64,000 nt of DNA from Bacteroidota bacterium (GTDB lineage Bacteria; Bacteroidota; Bacteroidia; NS11-12g; UBA9320): positions 13,114 to 77,113 of the forward strand of contig CANIKO010000010.1 of NCBI GenBank assembly GCA_947468275.1, given 5' to 3'. Positions 1 to 9,240 of this stretch are shown one piece after another. The notes beneath the pieces are model-generated. The model did not search any database and was not told the DNA's origin. It worked only from the letters and a program-made list of their open reading frames with translations. How positions within the stretch are numbered: the stretch's first letter is position 1; every line of letters begins with the position of its first letter. The translations under genes were made by a program, and so were the position numbers.

Positions 1-651
1 ACTCTGTTCTTCCATTTTAGAGTAATCCAAACTTCTACCGTCAATTCTTGGAGGGGTTCCAGTTTTCATTCTGCCACTTTCGAATCCGAGTTTATTTAAG
101 CATGCTGTTATTCCGTAAGATGCTGATTCTGAGGCACGACCTCCGCCAAAATTCTTTTTACCGATGTGTATCAACCCGTTTAGAAATGTCCCGCTGGTAA
201 CAACAATAGCCTTCGTTTTAAAGGTTATACCCAAGGATGTTATAATCCCTTCAACTCGACCATCAATTGTTAAAATTTGATCCACATTATCTTGCCAGAA
301 ATCGATGTTTTCATTTCTTTCTAAAGCTAGGCGCCATTCCCAGCTGAACATCATTCTATCACATTGCGATCTTGGGCTCCACATTGCAGGACCTTTTGAT
401 CTATTTAACATCCTAAATTGAATTGAAGTTTTGTCTGTTATTCTACCAGTTAACCCCCCAAGAGCATCAATTTCTCTAACAATCTGACCTTTTGCTACAC
501 CACCAATTGCTGGGTTACAACTCATTTTGGCTATAGTTTCCATGTTCATGGTAATAAGCAAAACACTTGAACCAAGTTTTGCGGCCGCATTGGCGGCTTC
601 GCAACCAGCATGACCTGCACCAATTATTATAATATCGTAAGTGCTTTTCAT
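1..651 (-). CDS. mnmG: tRNA uridine-5-carboxymethylaminomethyl(34) synthesis enzyme MnmG/GidA (5' part, runs off the window)
   Basis: Manual minus-strand translation from ATG at 651 gives MKSTYDIIIIGAGHAGCEAA...MSCNPAIGGVAKGQIVREIDALGG...MLNRSKGPAMWSPRSQCDR; ATGA overlap with the ybeY stop. Confidence 0.96.
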   Translation of the reverse strand, partial: MKSTYDIIIIGAGHAGCEAANAAAKLGSSVLLITMNMETIAKMSCNPAIGGVAKGQIVREIDALGGLTGRITDKTSIQFRMLNRSKGPAMWSPRSQCDRMMFSWEWRLALERNENIDFWQDNVDQILTIDGRVEGIITSLGITFKTKAIVVTSGTFLNGLIHIGKKNFGGGRASESASYGITACLNKLGFESGRMKTGTPPRIDGRSLDYSKMEEQS

Positions 652-1067
652 ATAGGTTTCACGTGAAACAGGTCGTTTAAATATTTTAATTCCAGTTTTC
701 TCATTATAATTTTTTGGGATCTTGTTTTATCGTCAATTCCGCTCAAATGTAAAAGTCCATGTATAAGCACGCGGTGTAGTTCTTCATCAGGTGAAATGTT
801 AAGAGTTATTGCATTTTCTATTACGCGTTCGAGGCTAATAAATATTTCCGCATCATTTGAATCCTCGTCGCGTAAATCAAAAGTGATGATATCGGTATAG
901 TAGTCATGATTTAAAAATTGTTGGTTTATATTTAATAACTCTTCATCAGATATTATGTGAAGATATAAGTGATCAATATTTAAATTAAGCAAACTATTTA
1001 ACTGAATAGCAATATTTATTAGGTGGGTGTTTGGTTTTTTATAAGGGTTTTCTATCTCTATTTGCAT
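648..1067 (-). CDS. ybeY: rRNA maturation RNase YbeY
   Basis: HDYYTDIITFD and HGLLHLSGIDD (HxxxH metal motif); adjacent to mnmG. Confidence 0.93.
   Translation of the reverse strand: MQIEIENPYKKPNTHLINIAIQLNSLLNLNIDHLYLHIISDEELLNINQQFLNHDYYTDIITFDLRDEDSNDAEIFISLERVIENAITLNISPDEELHRVLIHGLLHLSGIDDKTRSQKIIMRKLELKYLNDLFHVKPI
655..670. promoter_or_regulatory. parS-like centromere site
   Basis: GGTTTCACGTGAAACA, 15/16 to TGTTTCACGTGAAACA. Confidence 0.8.
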
Positions 1068-2800
1068 TATCTAATAATAAGTATTGTTCCTGTCTTTAAA
1101 TAATATTTATTTCTTTCATCGTAAAATGTAGCCTTATAAAGGTAAGAGCCTTGCATAACAAATTCGCCTTCTATTTTCCCGTTCCAACCCTCGTCCATCT
1201 TGTTTGTTTCGTATATTTTCTCGCCCCAGCGATTATATATTTGAATTAAACCTCTTTCAAGGTCTAATCCTTTCCCGTATATTTTAAATATGTTATTATT
1301 ACTATAAGGGTTAATTGTTTTTGGAAAATAAAATTCCCCGACACTAAATATACAATTAACATTTGAAGTAGAAACGGCGCTGGTATTATTGCTGTTAAGT
1401 GTTTCTATATTGTTTATTCTAAAACATAATGAATCGGATGTTATGTTTTTAGAGGAATAAGATAATAATGTATTGTTTATAGATTCGTTTTTTAATAAGT
1501 TCCACGTGAAACGGTCGGGAGAAATTTCAATTGATTGAAGGGAAACTCCCTTTTCCCAATCTTTATATAGATTCCATCTAAATTCATATAAATTACCATT
1601 TAGTATTGGCTTGGACAAGTGAATAGATCTTCCAATATTTGAAATAGAAGTAATGTTATTGCATTTATCGGTAGTTTTAACTCTATAAGAATAATAGTAA
1701 TTGTTAAAATTGGCGTTAATATCTTCGAATGAATAATTTGATTTATTAGGGTCGAAATCCATCTTTAAAAAAGGATTAAACGACAATTCAGCTTCCTGCT
1801 TATCAATATAAAAAGAATCTATATCTGCTTTGTTATCAGCTATAAAATAACCTTTAAGTAAAGTGTTATTTTCTATTGTGATATTGCTTAAGTAATTAAT
1901 TTTTGGATCTTTGATTTTTCTGGTGTAAAAACAAATTGTATTTGAGGATGAGGTGGCTCGGGTTAAAATATTTTCTGTCCGAATATAAAAACACACACTA
2001 TCCCCTAAGGTAATATTTGAAATCGTGTGATTTGTGCCGGAGGGTGCTAAAGAAACACTTTTAGCGAATCCTTTGTTGTTCAAGTTTTCAATAAGATATT
2101 GTTTAATATTTGTCCATCCTTGATAGGTTGTCCAGTTTATATAGATACTTTTTGCGCAAGTATCTATTTTCCCAGTCAAATATGCTGCTTGTTGGTCATT
2201 ACTTATTGGTGCATAATTATCACAACTGTCATAGGTTGCAATTGCTATTTTAGTTGGATTTGATTGATCATAGTTTTTAAACGTTACAAAAGTTGTTGAT
2301 GTATCTAAAATTTTATCATATACAGGACTAATATAATGGTATAATCTATATCCTTTAGTGTCTGCTGCAGGATTACTGTTCCATCCGGCAGATAGATTTT
2401 GTGTTCCATAGTCAAAACTAACAGAATCCAATTCAATAACAGATGGTTTATTTTGGTCAATAGATTGAGGATTAGAAATAAAGCTATCAATACCGTTACA
2501 AGAAGTATAGGTAACTATTTTGAATCTCCAATCAGAAGTTAAGTCAGGAATAAAGACTGGATATTCGATGGTATTAATGACAGAAATTGTGGTTTTAAGT
2601 ATCCACGGACCATTGTTTTCGGAGGAATATAATTTGTAGTATTTGAAAGAATTGCAATTATCTTTGGCTGAATGCCAATAAATAGTTGCAATGGAATTAT
2701 TATTGTCTAAACATATTCGTAAAATTTCAGGACCATTATCAAGGCCCTTGCATATAATGGATGCAATTAATAAAAATATGGTTAATAATCGGTGGATCAT
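1067..2800 (-). CDS. Secreted protein with T9SS type B (gliding motility-associated) C-terminal domain
   Basis: Signal peptide; beta-rich repeats; C-terminus FYFPKTINP...IYNRWGEKIYET...GWNG...GTILIIR. Confidence 0.85.
   Translation of the reverse strand: MIHRLLTIFLLIASIICKGLDNGPEILRICLDNNNSIATIYWHSAKDNCNSFKYYKLYSSENNGPWILKTTISVINTIEYPVFIPDLTSDWRFKIVTYTSCNGIDSFISNPQSIDQNKPSVIELDSVSFDYGTQNLSAGWNSNPAADTKGYRLYHYISPVYDKILDTSTTFVTFKNYDQSNPTKIAIATYDSCDNYAPISNDQQAAYLTGKIDTCAKSIYINWTTYQGWTNIKQYLIENLNNKGFAKSVSLAPSGTNHTISNITLGDSVCFYIRTENILTRATSSSNTICFYTRKIKDPKINYLSNITIENNTLLKGYFIADNKADIDSFYIDKQEAELSFNPFLKMDFDPNKSNYSFEDINANFNNYYYSYRVKTTDKCNNITSISNIGRSIHLSKPILNGNLYEFRWNLYKDWEKGVSLQSIEISPDRFTWNLLKNESINNTLLSYSSKNITSDSLCFRINNIETLNSNNTSAVSTSNVNCIFSVGEFYFPKTINPYSNNNIFKIYGKGLDLERGLIQIYNRWGEKIYETNKMDEGWNGKIEGEFVMQGSYLYKATFYDERNKYYLKTGTILIIR
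1498..1513. promoter_or_regulatory. Second parS-like site
   Basis: AGTTCCACGTGAAACG; the 14-bp core matches GTTNCACGTGAAAC. Confidence 0.65.
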
Positions 2801-3028
2801 TTTTATTAATAGAGGCTTTATTTTCTATAAACGTTGTTTATTCTAAAAAATTCTGCAAAATAATGACAAAGGAAGACAAACTTTAGCAATATTTTAAGAA
2901 TTGCTATCTAATAGAACACTAAAATGTGACCTTACGATACTTTTCAAAATATTAATTATTTTAAAAAAGAATAATTGTGAGTAAATAAGGTAAAAGCTCT
3001 TAATTTTGTAAATAGTAATATAAATTGA

Positions 3029-4159
3029 ATGAAAGATAACCTCAATGAAAATGAAAAGAGGACAAGAAAGCGAATCGTTGTGAAACGTGATTCTTTAAAA
3101 AGCAACTCAGATAGGCCATTGGACCATAAGGTTGCTAATGAGTATTCAACAAATAACCCTAATAACACAGATAGGGCTTATAAAACTATAGAAAACAGGG
3201 AAAATGAAGGGAAGAGAAATTACCCTTCATCCTATTCCGGTGGAAACGAAAGAAAACCGTTTGACCCTAAAAGACAAAGAGGGGATGGACAAAAGCGGTT
3301 TGACTCAGGTTTTAAAAAGGAGTTTGTTGAAAATCCCCTAATGAACCATCAGTTTTTTAAAAAGCATGAAAGCAATGGAGCCGTCGCTCCTATTAGTCCT
3401 AGTGTTGTAAGAAAGGATGGTGAACTCATCCGATTAAATAAATTTATTTCGAATGCCGGTATTTGTAGTCGCAGGGAAGCGGACGAATATATTATAAAAG
3501 GGGCGATTAAAGTGAATGGTGAGATAATTACAGAATTAGGACATAAGATAAAAGCAAAAGATATTGTTGAGTATAAGGGAAAGAGAATATTTGAAGCGAA
3601 TCATGTTTATATTTTGTTAAACAAGCCAAAGGACACAATAACCACAACCAGTGATCCTGAAAACAGACCCACGGTTATGGATTTGGTTCAAAAAGCAACA
3701 GATCAACGTATATTCCCGATAGGACGTTTGGACAGGAACACAACAGGCGTTATACTTATGACTAATGATGGAGATTTTGCCCAAAAACTTTCACACCCAT
3801 CTAGCGAAGTAAAAAAAGTTTATTATGCTATTTTGGACAAACCATTAGAAAGAGAACATTTTGATAAATTAATTGATGGTGTGGAATTAGAAGATGGCCC
3901 TATGAATGTAGACGAAATTGCATATGTTGATCCTAAAGACCACACAATGATTGGAGTTGAAATACACAGTGGTAAAAATCGTGTTATTCACCGCATGTTT
4001 GAATCGTTGGGGTATAAACTTAAAAAACTAGACCGTGTTGTATATGCCGGTCTTGATAAAGGAGGTTTAAGAAGAGGTAAATGGAGATTTTTGAAATTTA
4101 ATGAGGTTCAAATGGTTCTCAATACTATTAAATACCACGATGAAAAAACCGTTAATTAA
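3029..4159 (+). CDS. RsuA/RluB-family pseudouridine synthase with S4 domain and long charged N-terminal extension
   Basis: RLNKFISNAGICSRREAD (S4), LLNKPK, GRLDRNTTG catalytic motif. Confidence 0.93.
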   Translation: MKDNLNENEKRTRKRIVVKRDSLKSNSDRPLDHKVANEYSTNNPNNTDRAYKTIENRENEGKRNYPSSYSGGNERKPFDPKRQRGDGQKRFDSGFKKEFVENPLMNHQFFKKHESNGAVAPISPSVVRKDGELIRLNKFISNAGICSRREADEYIIKGAIKVNGEIITELGHKIKAKDIVEYKGKRIFEANHVYILLNKPKDTITTTSDPENRPTVMDLVQKATDQRIFPIGRLDRNTTGVILMTNDGDFAQKLSHPSSEVKKVYYAILDKPLEREHFDKLIDGVELEDGPMNVDEIAYVDPKDHTMIGVEIHSGKNRVIHRMFESLGYKLKKLDRVVYAGLDKGGLRRGKWRFLKFNEVQMVLNTIKYHDEKTVN

Positions 4160-5045
4160 AATTTTTCTTTTAAATTTTCTTTTAGTTTTATTAATATCAG
4201 GGTGTAAGGAAACGCCTCCTTATATTGACTTTTCTAAAAAAATTATTGGATTAAGAGACACTAACTATGTGGGCACAAATACTCCTTCGCCTGTTATGAA
4301 GAAAATTTATATTGAAGATTTAACAGGAGTGAGGTGTAATAATTGCCCTAAAGCTGCTGTTAATATTCATGACATTTCGCTTGCCAATCCCGGAAAAGTA
4401 GTTGCCTTGGGGGTTTATGCCAGTACATTAACAAATTTTATGACACCTTGGCCAGGATTTCAAAACTTAAGTACAACAGTCGCAGATAATATTTTTAAAG
4501 ATATTTTTAAAAGCCCTGGAGCTATCCCTACAGGAGGAGTAAACAGAAAAGTATTTCCTGGAGAAGCTATTACTGTAAGTTATAATAGTTGGTCAGGTTT
4601 TGCAGATATTATAAAAATGGAAGAATCACCTGTTATAATAAAGGATTCTCTTATTGCTTATGATTCAATCCTGAGAAAAGCTAGGATTCTGGTAAAATTA
4701 ATTTTTACCAAAAAATATATTGAAGAAGTTAATCTTTCGCTTTATTTAATAGAAAGTAAAATTATTTCAAAACAGAGTATGCCGTCCCCCGCAACTGAGC
4801 CTAAAGATGACTATGAACACAATCATGTATTAAGAAAAGCCATAACAAATTTTAGTGGTTTGCCTTTAAAAATAAATTCTTCAACTATTGGCAATTACGA
4901 AGTGGGCCGAGTTTTTGAAAAGGAGTTTGAGGTTGATCTTGATGCTAATTGGAAAGTTAAAAATTGTGCTTTTGTTGTTTTGGTTAATAGATTTGACGAC
5001 AATAGCAAAGAGGTGCTTCAAGCCTCAGAACTTGATTTGCAATAA
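4140..5045 (+). CDS. Omp28-related outer membrane lipoprotein
   Basis: Likely start ATG 4140; lipobox ISG-C-KE; EDLTGVRCNNCP (CxxC); YEHNHVLR. Confidence 0.85.
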   Translation: MKKPLIKIFLLNFLLVLLISGCKETPPYIDFSKKIIGLRDTNYVGTNTPSPVMKKIYIEDLTGVRCNNCPKAAVNIHDISLANPGKVVALGVYASTLTNFMTPWPGFQNLSTTVADNIFKDIFKSPGAIPTGGVNRKVFPGEAITVSYNSWSGFADIIKMEESPVIIKDSLIAYDSILRKARILVKLIFTKKYIEEVNLSLYLIESKIISKQSMPSPATEPKDDYEHNHVLRKAITNFSGLPLKINSSTIGNYEVGRVFEKEFEVDLDANWKVKNCAFVVLVNRFDDNSKEVLQASELDLQ

Positions 5046-5959
5046 TGCAATTATCAACGTATTACAACGGTTATAAGCTATATTTACAATTAGAAAAAAA
5101 CCTCTCAAAAAACACAGTTGAGGCCTATCTAAGAGATATTTCTAAAGTAGAAAAATATTGCTCTGAAAAAGGGGTAGATATAAATGTTTTAGATCCTTCC
5201 GTTGAGTTTTTTAATGATTTTATTAAGTGGATTGCAACCTCCGGAAGTTCCTCAACATCCCAATCTCGCATACTGTCTGGAATAAGGTCATTTTATGATT
5301 ATTTGTTGCTTGAAAAATACATTGATACTAATCCTACAGAAATAATCGAATTTCCTCGTTTAACACGAAAATTACCGAATGTACTAAGCACAGCAGAAAT
5401 AGAATTAATGCTCGCACAAATAGACTTGAGCAAGGAGGGAGGGTTTCGGAATAAGGTGATTTTAGAACTTTTGTTTGCATGTGGTCTAAGGGTTTCTGAA
5501 TTGGTAAATCTTGAAAAATCGAATATTTATTTTAAAGAAGAATTTATAATGGTAACGGGTAAAGGCAACAAACAAAGACTAGTTCCAATAAGTGATAATG
5601 CTTTAAATTTAATACAACTTTATTTGACTACGGAAAGAAATAAAATAGAGTCAAAACCCAAAGACCAGGAAATTCTTTTTTTGAATAGGAGGGGAGGGCG
5701 TCTTTCAAGAGTCTTTATTTTTACGATCGTTAAGGAGATGGCAGCAAGGGCTGGAATACGAAAAAATGTTGGCCCGCATACTTTTAGGCATTCGTTTGCC
5801 ACAGGATTAGTAATCAATGGTGCTGATTTACGGGCGGTACAGAGCATGCTGGGACACGAAAGTATAACCACCACTGAAATATATGCCCATTTAGATAAAA
5901 AGCATTTGCATGATGTTGTTGACCAATTTCACCCACGTTCTAAAAATAAACTTAAATAA
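5045..5959 (+). CDS. xerD: Site-specific tyrosine recombinase XerD
   Basis: GLRVSEL, GKGNKQRLVP, HTFRHSFAT, LGHESITTTEIY. Confidence 0.88.
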   Translation: MQLSTYYNGYKLYLQLEKNLSKNTVEAYLRDISKVEKYCSEKGVDINVLDPSVEFFNDFIKWIATSGSSSTSQSRILSGIRSFYDYLLLEKYIDTNPTEIIEFPRLTRKLPNVLSTAEIELMLAQIDLSKEGGFRNKVILELLFACGLRVSELVNLEKSNIYFKEEFIMVTGKGNKQRLVPISDNALNLIQLYLTTERNKIESKPKDQEILFLNRRGGRLSRVFIFTIVKEMAARAGIRKNVGPHTFRHSFATGLVINGADLRAVQSMLGHESITTTEIYAHLDKKHLHDVVDQFHPRSKNKLK

Positions 5960-5961
5960 AT

Positions 5962-6267
5962 ATGATACTATACAACGTAACCCTAAATGTTGATGAAGAA
6001 ATAAAAGAGGAGTGGCTTCAATGGATGAAAGAAATTCATCTTCCCGAAGTGATGGCTACAGGCAAATTTATTTCTTATGAAATGTATAAAATACAAAATC
6101 ACAATCCACAGGATTCGAGCAACAATTATAGTGTTCAATATAAGGCAAAATCATTCGTAGAATATGAAGATTATATCAACACTTATGGTCCTGCCTTGAA
6201 ACAAAAAACGCTTGAAAAATATGGAGAGAAAATTTTAGCCTTTAGAACTCTCTTGGAAAAAGTATAA
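5962..6267 (+). CDS. DUF4286 family protein
   Basis: MILYNVT...EEWLQWMKEIHLPEVM...AFRTLLE, typical of this Bacteroidota family. Confidence 0.8.
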   Translation: MILYNVTLNVDEEIKEEWLQWMKEIHLPEVMATGKFISYEMYKIQNHNPQDSSNNYSVQYKAKSFVEYEDYINTYGPALKQKTLEKYGEKILAFRTLLEKV

Positions 6268-6360
6268 GTTTTGTTAAGGTCTATTAATTCCTAAAATGAC
6301 ACTGCAATAAACCCTAAAATTCTCTTTTGGTTTCTTGTTTAAGCATGAGGCACATATTAA

Positions 6361-7566
6361 CTAACCCAGCCTTTCCACTGCTAATTCAGCCACAGTATGA
6401 CCAATACTTAGCGATGATGTAGCTGCAGGAGAAGGAGCATTTAAAATATTAATGATTCCTGGATTTTCTACAATTTTAAAGTCATCTAAAAGTCCGCCAG
6501 TTCTATCGCAAGCCTGAGCCCTAACACCTGAACCCGCAGGAATTAAGTCATCTTTTTTTATGTCTGGTACTAACTTTTGCAAGGCCCTTGTGAATGCAGA
6601 TTTGGAAAAGGAGCGGTAATATTCGCCGATACCTGTTTTCCAATATTTCAAGGCAACTTTTCTGAATCCAGGCCAACTGAAACAGTTCCACAAGTCACCA
6701 AAATTAATATCCGTTTTTTTGTAACCTTCGCGTTTAAATGCAAACACAGCATTGGGCCCAGCCTCAACGCCACCATCTATCATACGAGTAAAATGCACTC
6801 CTAAAAACGGAAAATTAGGGTCGGGAACTGGGTATATGAGATTTTTCACCAAATGTTGCTTTTCGGGTTTTATCATATAATATTCTCCGCGGAAAGGGAT
6901 TATACGGGTATCTAAATGAGGCTCGTTAATTTCAGCAACTTTGTCGCTATATAAGCCGGCGCAGTTTATAACTAATCGAGTAACTATTTCCTGATTATCA
7001 GTTTTTACATGGCTTTCATTTTCATTCAAGTTAATTTTAGACACTTTAAAATTGAACAGAATTTCTCCACCCAAAAACTTAATCCTCTCCACCAACACAT
7101 CACATACTTTACTATAGTTGATAATACCTGTTTGAGGGACATATAATCCTTCTATGCCTCTGCAATTAGGTTCACGTTCTTTAATTTCGGATTCGCTAAG
7201 CTTAAGTATTCCTGTCAGGCCGTTTTCAAGCCCTCTTTCATATAACATTTCTAATTGCGCAAGTTCTTTTTCAGAAGTAGCTACTACTATTTTGCCACAT
7301 AAATCATATGCTATTTTATTGTTGTCGCAAAACTCAAGCAACATTTTATACCCTTTTATACAATTTATAGCTTTTAAACTTCCGGGTTTATAATATAGCC
7401 CGCTGTGAATTACACCGCTGTTATGTCCCGTTTGGTGGGCTGCGGCATGGCTTTCTTTTTCCAAAACAACAAGTTCCAAATCGGGCTTTAAAGTTAAAAG
7501 CTGGTAAGCTGTTGCCAGCCCAACAATCCCTCCGCCAATTATTGCTATATCATACTTTTTTGACAT
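6361..7566 (-). CDS. lhgO: L-2-hydroxyglutarate oxidase
   Basis: GGGIVGLATA FAD motif, HQTGHNSGVIHSGLYY, FRGEYY, NAPSPAATSSL. Confidence 0.92.
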   Translation of the reverse strand: MSKKYDIAIIGGGIVGLATAYQLLTLKPDLELVVLEKESHAAAHQTGHNSGVIHSGLYYKPGSLKAINCIKGYKMLLEFCDNNKIAYDLCGKIVVATSEKELAQLEMLYERGLENGLTGILKLSESEIKEREPNCRGIEGLYVPQTGIINYSKVCDVLVERIKFLGGEILFNFKVSKINLNENESHVKTDNQEIVTRLVINCAGLYSDKVAEINEPHLDTRIIPFRGEYYMIKPEKQHLVKNLIYPVPDPNFPFLGVHFTRMIDGGVEAGPNAVFAFKREGYKKTDINFGDLWNCFSWPGFRKVALKYWKTGIGEYYRSFSKSAFTRALQKLVPDIKKDDLIPAGSGVRAQACDRTGGLLDDFKIVENPGIINILNAPSPAATSSLSIGHTVAELAVERLG

Positions 7567-7652
7567 AGCGCAAAGGTAATTCGATTTTGGATATCCATTG
7601 CCTTTGGTTTAAACCATCAGCAATAAATATCTATTTTTGTGCTTTATTATTT

Positions 7653-8666
7653 ATGACCACAAAAGAAACCCTTCAAAATATTTTAGCCAAACGTATCATG
7701 GTAATTGATGGTGCTATGGGTACTATGATTCAGCAGTATAAATTGAGTGAAGAAGACTACCGCGGCGAACGTTTTAAAGATTATCCTCAATCGGTAAAAG
7801 GAAATAATGATCTTTTGGTTTTAACACAGCCTAAAATAATTGGCGATATTCATAAAGAATTTTTAAAAGCAGGGGCAGATATTATTGAAACAAATACCTT
7901 TAATGCTAACTTTTACAGCATGTCGGATTATGCGATGGAAAATTTGGTGACTGAAATAAATCTAGAAGCTGCTAAAATTGCACGTAAAGTAGCATTTGAA
8001 CAAACAGTATTAACTCCCGATAAACCTAGATTAGTGGCTGGAGCCATTGGCCCAACTAACAAAGCCGGTTCATTGTCACCAGATGTAAATAATCCCGGAT
8101 TTCGTTCCGTTACTTTCAATGATTTGGTTAAAGCTTACTCTGAACAAGTCAATGCATTACTAGATGGTGGAGTTGACCTGCTTTTGGTGGAAACCGTATT
8201 TGATACACTAAACAGCAAAGCAGCATTATTTGCGATTAATACCATTTTGGAACAGCGGCATATGGAAATGCCAGTAATGGTAAGTGGCACTATTACTGAT
8301 GCCAGCGGCCGAACACTTAGCGGACAAACCCCTGAAGCATTTTATATTTCGATAAGTCATGCAGGATTATTTAGTGTGGGATTAAATTGTGCCTTGGGAG
8401 CATCGCAAATGCGACCATTTATTGAAGAAATATCAGATGTGGCGGAATGTTATGTAAGTTGCTACCCCAATGCAGGCTTGCCTAACGAATTTGGTGAATA
8501 TGATGAAACACCAGAACACATGGCTAAAGTAATTGAAGATTTTGCAAAAAGCGGATTTTTAAACATTGTTGGTGGCTGCTGTGGAACCACTCCTGCTCAT
8601 ATAAAAGCTATAGCTGACACTGTATCTAAATATTCTCCGAGAGCACTTCCAATTATAGTAGATTAA
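7653..8666 (+). CDS. metH: Methionine synthase, stand-alone N-terminal homocysteine-binding domain
   Basis: [13 protein letters not shown] and GGCCGT Zn ligands; ATG 7653, downstream of TATTTTTG, preferred over 7587. Confidence 0.92.
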   Translation: MTTKETLQNILAKRIMVIDGAMGTMIQQYKLSEEDYRGERFKDYPQSVKGNNDLLVLTQPKIIGDIHKEFLKAGADIIETNTFNANFYSMSDYAMENLVTEINLEAAKIARKVAFEQTVLTPDKPRLVAGAIGPTNKAGSLSPDVNNPGFRSVTFNDLVKAYSEQVNALLDGGVDLLLVETVFDTLNSKAALFAINTILEQRHMEMPVMVSGTITDASGRTLSGQTPEAFYISISHAGLFSVGLNCALGASQMRPFIEEISDVAECYVSCYPNAGLPNEFGEYDETPEHMAKVIEDFAKSGFLNIVGGCCGTTPAHIKAIADTVSKYSPRALPIIVD

Positions 8667-8693
8667 GTTCTGCCACCATTTGTTTCGTGAATC

Positions 8694-9179
8694 TTAGTGT
8701 GTTTTAGTAATTATTTTCAATAAATCGTCTTCCAAATTTTTTATTGGACTTTCTACTATTCTTCCCTGTTCATTCCCTGTTTTATCAATAATAATAAAGG
8801 TTGGAACAAATTTGATTTGAAATTTTTCATAATCTTTGGGAATCTGTTTTTCTTGGTTTACAAAAACAATTTTAAGGTTTTCGGTTGAAAATTGTTTGGT
8901 TTCTAAAATTTTAATAAATCGTGGTAGTTGAAGCCTTGTATCGCTGCACCATTCTCCTCCAACGATAATAATTTTCAAATTGTTCAATCCCAAAAGAGAA
9001 TCATAACCTTTTTCTGAAAGCGTATAATTTTTGTATTCTTCCTTAAACCAAAGGTACTGTTTCAGTTCATTTAGGGAAACCACCCCGGTTTTATAGTCTT
9101 CCTTTCGTGGATGGTGTAAAAGCGTGCAGCCTAAAATAAGACTCAATAAAATAGGGATTAAAATTTTAAGTCGGCTCAT
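8694..9179 (-). CDS. Thioredoxin-like lipoprotein (WCSDT)
   Basis: Lipobox ILG-C; GGEWCSDT, VPTFII, GRIVESP. Confidence 0.8.
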   Translation of the reverse strand: MSRLKILIPILLSLILGCTLLHHPRKEDYKTGVVSLNELKQYLWFKEEYKNYTLSEKGYDSLLGLNNLKIIIVGGEWCSDTRLQLPRFIKILETKQFSTENLKIVFVNQEKQIPKDYEKFQIKFVPTFIIIDKTGNEQGRIVESPIKNLEDDLLKIITKTH

Positions 9180-9240
9180 TTATTGCTTTTTGTTCTTTGA
9201 AATTGAGCTGGTAAAAGTAATATTTGTCCTCAATAAATAA

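Noticed and set aside
2801..3028. oriC in the AT-rich divergent intergenic region
   Set aside because: No convincing cluster of DnaA boxes (only a 2-mismatch TTACTCACA-like site)
5045..5959. Tyrosine recombinase as integrase/integron driving the cassettes
   Set aside because: Size and motifs fit housekeeping XerD in an operon with core genes; no IntI-type insertion, and no attC-like hairpins recognised between cassettes
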